Below are positions 21,419 through 29,808 of a stretch of 64,000 bases of DNA, one piece after another. Made by a program: the position numbers and the translations under genes. The notes under the pieces were generated by a model that did no database searches, was not told the DNA's origin, and was given only the letters and a program-made list of their open reading frames with translations. The stretch is taken from positions 264,651 to 328,650 of the forward strand of contig CAVVXH010000011.1 of NCBI GenBank assembly GCA_963752155.1, in the 5' to 3' direction. Position 1 is the stretch's first letter. Every line of letters starts with the position of its first letter. This stretch comes from an uncultured Parachlamydiaceae bacterium. GTDB taxonomy: Bacteria; Chlamydiota; Chlamydiia; Chlamydiales; Parachlamydiaceae.

Positions 21419-21802
21419 CTAAAACTGCTCTTTTTTAATTGCACGCCAATTTAATTCATTTTGCTTTTCTCTAGTTTTGAGTAAAACTTCTATTCCCTGA
21501 TTATTGGCTGCTTTTATCCGATCACATTGCTTTTCTGTAGCTCTATTGAATTGATCGTAGTTGGAAATCATTTCTTGATGTGTCATATGATGTAAATCAG
21601 AATACAAGGAAACCAATTCTTCTTTCTCTTGAGTAGATTTGCCTTTCATTTCTTGCAATAGTTGTTGTTGGGTATTGAGAAATTGTGACATAACATCATC
21701 CGAAGTCTGTTGCAAACACTGTAAAGATCGTTCTCTTGCATTAAGTAGTGTTTGTGCTTCTTGGCTAAATATCTCACCGATTAGCGGTAAAACGGGATTC
21801 AT
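21419..21802 (-). CDS. Small helical protein, paralog of the N-terminal domain of 20496-21368
   Basis: Likely start ATG 21802 after AAGGAG; 'QQQLLQEMKGKSTQEKEELVSLY' vs 'HQQLLQEIKGLPLAEQKELIAIY'. Confidence 0.75.
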   Translation of the reverse strand: MNPVLPLIGEIFSQEAQTLLNARERSLQCLQQTSDDVMSQFLNTQQQLLQEMKGKSTQEKEELVSLYSDLHHMTHQEMISNYDQFNRATEKQCDRIKAANNQGIEVLLKTREKQNELNWRAIKKEQF

Positions 21803-21813
21803 AAAATCTCCTT

Positions 21814-22989
21814 TCATTGGTTATGAAAATTTCTTATGTTCTCTCGGATTTTTTCAATTTCTTCTTCATAGTTTCTCTCAAAGATCTGGTGTTGATAAGC
21901 AAGCGATCTTTTTTGCATTTCTATAGCAAAAAGCTCATTTAACTTTTTTCTTTCAAATGCTTTTGCTTCTTGGCTCTGAGAAAATCTTTGCTCATTTTTT
22001 TTGTGATCTAATTCGTTGAACTTAAGTAACTGTAAAATTTTCTGTCCTTCCTCTGTAAGTTTGATTTTGTGGAAGACAACAGCCATCTCAAGTTCAGCTG
22101 ATGATGCTTCATTCAGCAAGAAGATTTTTTCTTTTAATAACCCAAGATGTTGTATGCGAATTGCAAAGATCAAATTGAGAGTTTCTTGATACTTTCTTAA
22201 TTGGGTATTAAATTGTAATAGATCGAGCTTAAGGGCATATTCTGCAGTCTGTAAGTAAAATTCAGCAAGTTCTTTTTCCGCTTGGATCAAAAATTCAGCA
22301 CCATTTTCTCTTTCCAGGTTTCTTTCGCGTTTATTTAAAATATTATCACTAGCTTGGAGCAAATGATCGACATATTGGTTTTGAGCTGACCTGTATTGTA
22401 TTTTAAATAAACGGATCTGTTCTTGAATCCATTCATTGAAATGGAAATTCGGATTCGGAAATTTTTGTCTTAATTGAACTGCTTCCTCTTCAAGCCATTG
22501 GTAAACTTCTAAATCTTTAGATGGATCATATGGTATCAATTCCATTCCCAACGACTCAATTTCTAGTTGATGTACTTCAACAATACTCATTTGCTCCAAA
22601 ACAGCACATTGTTTTGTATGGATAGAAGAACCCAAATTCATTTCATGCTGTACTCTTTGTTTTTCAGCATTCATTTTTACTTGAATGATGCCACTATCAA
22701 TATCAGAAGTAGAGACTATTTTCTCAAAAGTTTGTTGGTTTGATTCCATGGCTTTTTTAAAAACCGGCAGAGCTTTTTTTAAAGCTTCAAGTTTTTTGCC
22801 TTGCATTTGTTGGAGAATTGCTTGATGAGTAGTACTAACAGACCTTTGATGTATTTCTAAATCTTTAGATAGGCTATCTCGCTGACTTTTTGCAATACCA
22901 TCAATCGCTCTGGTATCGATTGAAGTATTGGGATTTCCCCTATAAAGCAAAACTGATGAATCAACAACACTTAAAGTACTAACTGACAT
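21814..22989 (-). CDS. Coiled-coil hypothetical protein carrying both island paralog motifs
   Basis: 391 aa; operon spacing of 8 bp to upstream gene. Confidence 0.8.
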   Translation of the reverse strand: MSVSTLSVVDSSVLLYRGNPNTSIDTRAIDGIAKSQRDSLSKDLEIHQRSVSTTHQAILQQMQGKKLEALKKALPVFKKAMESNQQTFEKIVSTSDIDSGIIQVKMNAEKQRVQHEMNLGSSIHTKQCAVLEQMSIVEVHQLEIESLGMELIPYDPSKDLEVYQWLEEEAVQLRQKFPNPNFHFNEWIQEQIRLFKIQYRSAQNQYVDHLLQASDNILNKRERNLERENGAEFLIQAEKELAEFYLQTAEYALKLDLLQFNTQLRKYQETLNLIFAIRIQHLGLLKEKIFLLNEASSAELEMAVVFHKIKLTEEGQKILQLLKFNELDHKKNEQRFSQSQEAKAFERKKLNELFAIEMQKRSLAYQHQIFERNYEEEIEKIRENIRNFHNQ

Positions 22990-22997
22990 CTTTTACC

Positions 22998-24680
22998 TCA
23001 ATAAATAGATTCTTCTATTTTTTTCAAAGCCTCTAAAAAATTTACTAAATTTTTTGACATTTCCCACTCTTCAAGTAATTTCTGGTACATTTGAATAATA
23101 ATCTGAGAGTCATGTTCATTAAATTTACCGAGAACAATAAGTTTTTTTTGAATTGACAATAGAATTTTTTTTATCTCAAAGTTTGGGACTTTGAATATCA
23201 ATTGTCGATATTCATTCTCAAATGATTGTTTTTGCACTGCATCTTGGTTAAACTGTTGTGCACGAAGCCGTTGCTTTATTTGATCTTGACGTAGTTCTTC
23301 GCGAACAGCAACAACTGCCGCTTTTGCATCTTTTCTAATTTCTTCAAACTTTTGTCGATGCTCTTCAAATTTTCCTAATGCTAATTTATCGTTCAAAAGC
23401 TGTTTTTCGGATTGTAAATTTTGAATATTTTGATTTTTTAAGCGACAAAACGACAAAACATGTTCACCAGTTTTTAAGACGTCCTCACTCGCCTTTTCCA
23501 AAGTTTTTTGCGTACAGCTATAGTTTGGAGAAAGAAAAATAAGATAAACTAGTTTCTGTTCAGTAAAGTCAGTTTGGTGAACGAGCTCTTTTAATTGACG
23601 ATCAATTTCTGCTACGCTTATCCTGTAATTGTTAAATAATAATTCGAGTTTTTTATTTACATACTCGTACCTTTCTTTACATTCCGAGATCTCTTGTTCT
23701 AAATTGCTAATAGACCTTTGAATATCTTCAATCGATTCCTGTATTTCTTCCTCGGATAGGGGCTCTTCTACTGTATAGGGAGCAGATTCAACTTTCATCA
23801 CTTGGTGTTCTCCATGAGCAGAAAGGCATGATCCTTCATCTGAAGGAAGAATCTGGAGTAAACTTCTGCACGCAGAGGAATAATCTGAAAACAATACATC
23901 AAAACGGGGATCTAATGGCAACGTCGAAGAACAAATTTCATGACCGAGAAGTTGACAAATCCTTTTATACACGTCGGGTTCGTAAGGAAAATGAAAACAA
24001 TTAACGATCTGCATGATCTCTTTTCTTGTAGATTGAATGGAAAGAATCTGATGAATAACTAGATCGAGAGTTTGATTTTCCTTACTCACTTGATCGAACA
24101 AATATTTAAGAGTTACATTTTTCTCAGCAAAACATTGATTTATCTTCCAGATCTCTTCTATTTGAAAAAACAACTTGAAAAGCTCATTTAAATTTTTTTC
24201 TGATGGAACTATTTCTTTTAGGTGATGTGAGGCTCTACTTTTCACTTCAAATTCTTTTCTATTATATTCTTGGCAACTACTTTGAATTTGCATAAGTAGA
24301 GAATTACGTCGTTCCTTGATTGAATAAGCATTATTGATTATAACTTCAAGTTGACTTGTTAAAAGTTCTCTGAAATTTTCTGGATAAACAATATTTTTCT
24401 TACATTGAACAAGCAACTCATATTGACTGTCAATTTCTTGGATGATTGCAATTAATTCGGTCTGTGAAATAGAGTCAGAGGAAATCCGTTGCGAATCTAA
24501 TTTCATGAGAAGATTTTTTACTTCTATAAATTCCTCATAGCAGCTTAATAGGTTACCTTTATCAAGCAGTAACTGTATTTTTTGAAATAGTATTAACCTG
24601 CCAGCACGTTCCGATTCCTCTTGAAGCCCCGTCATCCAATGGGTTGTATATGGACCAATTGATGAACTTTCTGAGGACAT
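22998..24680 (-). CDS. Long coiled-coil hypothetical protein
   Basis: 560 aa; AAGGAG RBS; heptad-like 'IQESIEDIQRSISNLEQEISECKERY'. Confidence 0.8.
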   Translation of the reverse strand: MSSESSSIGPYTTHWMTGLQEESERAGRLILFQKIQLLLDKGNLLSCYEEFIEVKNLLMKLDSQRISSDSISQTELIAIIQEIDSQYELLVQCKKNIVYPENFRELLTSQLEVIINNAYSIKERRNSLLMQIQSSCQEYNRKEFEVKSRASHHLKEIVPSEKNLNELFKLFFQIEEIWKINQCFAEKNVTLKYLFDQVSKENQTLDLVIHQILSIQSTRKEIMQIVNCFHFPYEPDVYKRICQLLGHEICSSTLPLDPRFDVLFSDYSSACRSLLQILPSDEGSCLSAHGEHQVMKVESAPYTVEEPLSEEEIQESIEDIQRSISNLEQEISECKERYEYVNKKLELLFNNYRISVAEIDRQLKELVHQTDFTEQKLVYLIFLSPNYSCTQKTLEKASEDVLKTGEHVLSFCRLKNQNIQNLQSEKQLLNDKLALGKFEEHRQKFEEIRKDAKAAVVAVREELRQDQIKQRLRAQQFNQDAVQKQSFENEYRQLIFKVPNFEIKKILLSIQKKLIVLGKFNEHDSQIIIQMYQKLLEEWEMSKNLVNFLEALKKIEESIY

Positions 24681-24769
24681 ATTTTTTCTCCTTAATACAA
24701 CTTTTGATTAAAATAATCATATTTTCTTTTCGAGCAGTAGCTAGGAATCATATATCCCATTTCCCAGTT

Positions 24770-25333
24770 TCAATCGTGACGATGACCATGTCCACGGTGT
24801 CCGTGCCTACGATGTTCATGCCCTTCATGGTTTCGATGGCGACCATGGTGATCTCGGGGTGCTTCTTCAGCAGCTCTCGCTTTTTGAAAATGACACAGCT
24901 TTTTTTGATCGTTCGCTGCAATTGCTTCCGCTTGTGCCTTAAGAATCTCATTATTTCGTTGGATCAACAACATTTGCAACTCAGCTTCTTGACGCAATAA
25001 CTCTCTCCTTACTTCTAATGCCTTATCGATAACAGCAAATTGATCATTCATGATGGCTCTGCGTACTTCTTCTGCTTTCTGCGCAAATTCTACATAACCA
25101 CTGATTGCAGCATTTTTTGCCCAAATTATCAATCCTTGATACACTCGGATGATTGGTTCAGCCTCTCCAACATTTCTTGTTAGGCTGATTTCTTGAATAA
25201 GGGCTTGCATGCTAGCTTCAAGCGAGTTTAAGAACTGCTGGAAGCACTGCTGAAGTCTTCGGTCGACCTCAACGTTTACATGTGCCATTTGTTGATTCAA
25301 GCCATTGACTCCAGATGTAAGTCTTACGTCCAT
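24770..25333 (-). CDS. Helical protein with His/Arg/Gly-rich C-terminal tail; first gene of island operon
   Basis: 187 aa; AGGAG RBS; ends HHGRHRNHEGHEHRRHGHRGHGHRHD. Confidence 0.8.
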   Translation of the reverse strand: MDVRLTSGVNGLNQQMAHVNVEVDRRLQQCFQQFLNSLEASMQALIQEISLTRNVGEAEPIIRVYQGLIIWAKNAAISGYVEFAQKAEEVRRAIMNDQFAVIDKALEVRRELLRQEAELQMLLIQRNNEILKAQAEAIAANDQKKLCHFQKARAAEEAPRDHHGRHRNHEGHEHRRHGHRGHGHRHD

Positions 25334-25499
25334 TTGTTTCTCCTAGAGATAGGGAACGTTGAATAAAAAAAACTAGCCCAATTCTACTTTTATCAAATTA
25401 AGAAAGATTATCAAACTATTTTTATTTTTAAAGAATAAGTCACTTAAAATCAATGACATATGATAGAAATTGATTTTTTGTCTGCTTAATCCCACATTT

Positions 25500-25784
25500 C
25501 CGCTGGATGCTTATCAAGTTGTTTTGCTGGAAGAATTTAAAAAGAATGATGTTCATGTATACTTCAAAAGCTCTCCTCCTTCAAATTCTCCCGGGGGAAC
25601 TTTACTGGAACAAATGCAAGGCATGTTTGCTGAGTATGAGCGAGCTCAAATTACCGAAAGAACGCGGCGTGGCAAAAATCACAAGGCGCGGAATGGTTGT
25701 GTAAATGTCCTAACAAAAGCACCTTACGGATATAGGTATATTTGTGCCTCTACCTCACAGCAGGCATACTACGAAGTGATCGAA
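25500..25784 (+). pseudogene. Large serine recombinase fragment, fused in-frame to the duplicated E2 C-terminus
   Basis: 'LLEQMQGMFAEYERAQITERTRRGK...APYGYRY' is typical of serine recombinases; catalytic N-terminal YxRxS and C-terminal domain missing. Confidence 0.85.
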
Positions 25785-25914
25785 CGAGAAATGCTCAATT
25801 TATCGTGGAGCTTTGACCATCGAATGATCGATGGAGAAGCAGCAGCACATATCTCGAGTCATCTGTGCAAGCTGTTGCAAAATCCGGCGAGTCTACTTTA
25901 AGGCAGGAAATCAG
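25785..25914 (+). repeat. Direct repeat copy 2 (E2 3' end), putative att junction
   Basis: Matches 16803-16932. Confidence 0.95.
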
Positions 25915-25923
25915 AACATTTTA

Positions 25924-26155
25924 AATCTGGCGCTATTTCAAGGTGATTTAGTAAAAATTTTTTGGAGTGCGTGTGGCTCTGCCACCGCGCGAGAGGTATA
26001 TTGCGAAAAGTCCATTTAGATAGGCAATAGTTTCTACATTAGCATAAATTGAAATTGTATTGCCCAGTAATTTTTAAAGCAACGTCTCGCGCGGTGGCAG
26101 AGCCACACGCACTCCAAAAAATTTTCATCAAGTCAACCTGAAATAGCGCCAGATT
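25924..26155. repeat. Palindromic MITE/REPIN-like element, family A
   Basis: Terminal IR AATCTGGCGCTATTTCA plus inner IR TTTTGGAGTGCGTGTGGCTCTGCCACCGCGCGAG. Confidence 0.9.
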
Positions 26156-26213
26156 CCACATAATCGTTCTGATTTCATATGCCCTGAGTAAAAATTGCTA
26201 TTTGCGGATGAAT

Positions 26214-27647
26214 TCATTCTAACAATTGCCGAAAGTTGATGATCTTATCAAAATAATTCTCATCTAAAACACTTTCATCTACCTCATTCACATGAATCAG
26301 AACAGGCCGGATTGAAAAATACCTTGGAACCTTTAATCGTTTTCTTTTCTCTTCCATTTCTTCGAGAATTTTTCTTCCGATCTTATCTTTCTTAAATTTA
26401 ACTTCGCACAAATACAGAGTATGAAACCGCGTTTGAATCATGTAATCGATTTGGCATCCCGGTTGTTTTATTGTCGCCCTTTGAAAAAATGGACCGTCCA
26501 TAACCACTTCCTCGGCCTTTATATCCAGCATCTCCCAAAGAATTTTATAGTTATGCGTCACGAGGTTTTCAAACTGCAAGCCCATGACTACTTCCCAACT
26601 AGGAAGCTTATTCAAGATTGATTCTGGGACTTTCCCTTGTTCGATTTTCGCGAGATTTGGAGCAATGTATTTCAAATAAAAGCGCAAATAATTATCGCTT
26701 AATCGATAACGGCTTAGTTTCCCATACTCTCCGCTTTTCAGATCCCATGTAAACTCTCTCCTTACAAAACCAGCCTTAATCAATTCATCCAGATACTGAC
26801 TGTAGAGTCCTCCTTGGCTTTTGCCAAGTTCTTTACAAATTTGAGCAAGCTCTTTGGGTCCGTTGACAAGGCAATTCACAAGCTCTTTATGACTTCCTTT
26901 GCGACGGGAAAAAAGGTCTGAGAATATTTGATCGAATTCTCGAACAAGCAAGCCACCTTTTGCAAAACACAACTCTCGAATATTTTGCTCCGCAGATAGA
27001 TTTGGCTTAATTTGCTCCAAATAGAATGGCACTCCTCCGGTTACAGATAAAACTTTGAATTTCTCATAAGCGGCAATCCGTGTTTCCTTAGGATGCCAAA
27101 ATGCGTTGCATGATTTAAGAGGGATTTCTTCGAGAACCATGTCAATGGTAATTCTTCCAAGAAAACCGGTATTGCTGAGAATGTTCTTTTCAATCCAAGA
27201 TGAGATCGATCCGCACAGCGCAAAAATCAGATGGGGATTCTTGCTAAAGTACATGTCCCAGGCCGTTTTTAAATGTCCTAAAAATTCGGGATCTTTGCCT
27301 CCCATCCATGAAATTTCGTCGAATACAATCAGTATTCGTCCTTTTTGGGTATGCTTGGAAAGGTGCCAGAAGATATTCCCCCAATCATTTGCCTGTACAC
27401 CCGGAATACCGTTTCTCTCGAGCTGCTGTACGAAAATATCGCGTTGCGACTGTGCTGTTGTTTTACTTGCAGGAGGATTTCCGGAAAAAAAATAGCTCTT
27501 TATTTCTTTGCCAAACTCGGCGAGCAACCGCGACTTACCAATGCGCCTTCTGCCTCTAACTACAATCAGATTCGCGCTTCGAGTGTCTAATAAACCTTTG
27601 AGCCGGTCCATCTCGGCTTCACGACCGACAAATTGGGCAGTTTTCAT
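26214..27647 (-). CDS. AAA ATPase (archaeal-ATPase type) with wHTH and C-terminal PD-(D/E)XK domain
   Basis: FVGRE, Walker A GRRRIGKS, Walker B IVFDE, 'QIDY...LCEVK'. Confidence 0.88.
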   Translation of the reverse strand: MKTAQFVGREAEMDRLKGLLDTRSANLIVVRGRRRIGKSRLLAEFGKEIKSYFFSGNPPASKTTAQSQRDIFVQQLERNGIPGVQANDWGNIFWHLSKHTQKGRILIVFDEISWMGGKDPEFLGHLKTAWDMYFSKNPHLIFALCGSISSWIEKNILSNTGFLGRITIDMVLEEIPLKSCNAFWHPKETRIAAYEKFKVLSVTGGVPFYLEQIKPNLSAEQNIRELCFAKGGLLVREFDQIFSDLFSRRKGSHKELVNCLVNGPKELAQICKELGKSQGGLYSQYLDELIKAGFVRREFTWDLKSGEYGKLSRYRLSDNYLRFYLKYIAPNLAKIEQGKVPESILNKLPSWEVVMGLQFENLVTHNYKILWEMLDIKAEEVVMDGPFFQRATIKQPGCQIDYMIQTRFHTLYLCEVKFKKDKIGRKILEEMEEKRKRLKVPRYFSIRPVLIHVNEVDESVLDENYFDKIINFRQLLE

Positions 27648-27695
27648 GCAGTTCTCCTTTTAAAGATATCTTACAAGCTTTTGGCTAACAAATCA

Positions 27696-27782
27696 ATCCG
27701 CAAATAGCAATTTTGCTATTTGTGGATGAATTTTCTAGCTCAAAAATTCATCCGCAAACAGCAAAATTGCTATTTGCGGATG
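27696..27782. promoter_or_regulatory. Two tandem palindromes (ATCCGCAAATAGCA-n-TGCTATTTGCGGAT type) upstream of the ATPase gene
   Basis: Four half-sites visible; a fifth sits just past the stop codon at 26191-26210. Confidence 0.6.
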
Positions 27783-27796
27783 TAATTTATCCTTTG

Positions 27797-28035
27797 TAAA
27801 TCTAGCGCTAGTTCAAATTGATTTGGTAAAAATTTTTGGAGTGCGTGTGGCTCTGTCACCGCGCGAGAGGTCTATTGCGAAAAGTCCATTTGGATAGGTA
27901 ATAGATTTCTACATCAGCATAAATTGAAATTGTATCGCTGCCAGTAGTCTTTAAAGCAACTTCTCGCGCGGTGGCAGAGCCACACGCACTCCAAAAAATT
28001 TTTTATAAATTTAACTTGAAATAGCGCCAGATTTA
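27797..28035. repeat. Palindromic MITE/REPIN-like element, family A
   Basis: Same IRs and similar core as 25924-26155, same orientation. Confidence 0.9.
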
Positions 28036-28095
28036 ATTGGAAGCAAATAATAGGACTCAGGAATCATTTTTGTGCAATTTTTGACTTTATCTTGT

Positions 28096-28710
28096 TCAAT
28101 ACATAAAAGGTTTAATCCTAAATAAATGACGTGCAATATCATTTTTGTGAGAATTTTGGCTCGTATATAAAAACTCATTAAATTCTTCAATAGCAAAAAT
28201 TAAAGAAGCTCTATTTTTATTTGACATAGACTTGTTTATTTCGATTTTATCTATATATGTCACTTTGAATTGCCGTTTCAAAGAAAAGGAATTGTCAGTA
28301 ATGTCAACCAATCGTCTATAAATGCAAAAATTATGAGTTCCTAAATAAAGATCATTAGTCATATCTATTTTTTTTAGTATCACTTGAGACAGACGTATTT
28401 CACCAAAATAATTAGCATAAGTATTGATATGTTCTATCTCAATATTACAGTTATTTGGTAATTTAAGAATATTATTGAAAATAGTGCGTGTAAGTCTCAC
28501 ACATGGCAACTGTTCATGGGTCGATAGTGTACTAAATTTTTTAGATGCTTCATAGAAACTACCAAGGTCACGAATGGAGAAAGAACAAGCTATTTGAACA
28601 AGAATCTCAAAAGGAAGTTTTGTAATAAAATCTTCGTTGACTTTACTCGCTTCTTCCGGATAAATAACAATTGCATTGATCTTTTTCATCAAATAATCGA
28701 AAATAAACAC
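28096..28710 (-). CDS. F-box domain protein (putative effector)
   Basis: 'FITKLPFEILVQIACSFSIRDLGSFYEASKKFSTL' fits the F-box consensus. Confidence 0.7.
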   Translation of the reverse strand: MFIFDYLMKKINAIVIYPEEASKVNEDFITKLPFEILVQIACSFSIRDLGSFYEASKKFSTLSTHEQLPCVRLTRTIFNNILKLPNNCNIEIEHINTYANYFGEIRLSQVILKKIDMTNDLYLGTHNFCIYRRLVDITDNSFSLKRQFKVTYIDKIEINKSMSNKNRASLIFAIEEFNEFLYTSQNSHKNDIARHLFRIKPFMY

Positions 28711-28876
28711 AATTATCTCCTTAAATTTTATTTTGATTTGGTGTAAACTTCTTTAATGATGTATATTTGATTTAATTGATTGAAGAGTAGAATCTACTCG
28801 ATTATAGCTTGAACTTGCCTATTAAAGCTGGGCCCGGTATTCTATACTTATCACCTTGTAACCCAATCTTTATCAT

Positions 28877-29800
28877 ATGCCGACAATCTTAGAAGCGGAT
28901 AAGCTCTGCAAAGTTTATCCAGGTAAACAAGCTCTAGTAGCAGTTAACGAACTCTCTTTTAAACTGCATAAAGGAGAAATCTTAGGTCTCCTAGGCCCTA
29001 ATGGTTCCGGAAAGACCACCACCATTCAAATGCTTTTGGGTACTCTTTCCTCGACTTCTGGAACAATTCGATATTTTGGAAAAGAATTTTCTAAGCATCG
29101 CTCAGAGATTCTTCAAAAGGTCTCTTTTGCCAGCACCTACACCAGCCTCCCATGGACGCTCACTATTGCAGAAAATCTTGAAGTTTTTGGATATCTCTAT
29201 GGAATTAACGGAAAAGAGAGTCGCAAAAAATACGATCCCCTCTTAGAACGTTTTGGAATCTTAGATAAAAAGAATCATCGCGTTGCCTCTCTCTCAGCGG
29301 GACAAGTCACCAGACTCATGCTGGTTAAGGCTTTTTTTATCGAACCAGAAATTGTTCTTCTAGATGAACCGACAGCCTCATTAGATCCTGAAATTTCAAA
29401 CGACATTTGCTCCTTTTTGCTGGAACAACGCGCTCAGAAGGGGGTCTCCTTGCTTTTTTCCTCCCATAAGATGACTGAAGTGATGGAAATCTGCGATCGT
29501 GCTATTTTTCTGAAACAAGGTAAACTTATCTCAGATGATATGCCAAAAAATTTAGCTAAAAGTGCTTCTTCATTTAAGCTGAAACTTGTCATCATCGATG
29601 GCTTAAAACGCACTATTGCTTTAGCTGAAACGGAAAAATTGAAATATTGTGTCGAACATCGTCTTATTGAAATCCTCATCGATGAAGAAAAAATTCCTTC
29701 GTTTCTAAATGCACTATGCAGTAACAAAATTACTTACGCGAATATCAAAATTGAAGAACCTTCTTTGGATGACTACTTTTTACAAATTACAAAAAAATGA
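28877..29800 (+). CDS. ABC-2 type transporter ATP-binding protein
   Basis: GPNGSGKTT, LSAGQ, LLDEPT. Confidence 0.93.
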   Translation: MPTILEADKLCKVYPGKQALVAVNELSFKLHKGEILGLLGPNGSGKTTTIQMLLGTLSSTSGTIRYFGKEFSKHRSEILQKVSFASTYTSLPWTLTIAENLEVFGYLYGINGKESRKKYDPLLERFGILDKKNHRVASLSAGQVTRLMLVKAFFIEPEIVLLDEPTASLDPEISNDICSFLLEQRAQKGVSLLFSSHKMTEVMEICDRAIFLKQGKLISDDMPKNLAKSASSFKLKLVIIDGLKRTIALAETEKLKYCVEHRLIEILIDEEKIPSFLNALCSNKITYANIKIEEPSLDDYFLQITKK

Positions 29801-29808
29801 ATTGAATT

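Larger units (their letters stand above)
16933..25914. mobile_element. Genomic island integrated in the 3' end of the E2 gene
   Basis: Flanked by 130-bp direct repeats; contains a large-serine-recombinase remnant and 8 hypothetical genes. Confidence 0.75.

Noticed and set aside
16953..25333. Island as a prophage or secretion-apparatus locus
   Set aside because: No terminase, capsid, tail, ATPase or T3SS/T4SS/T6SS core motifs recognised
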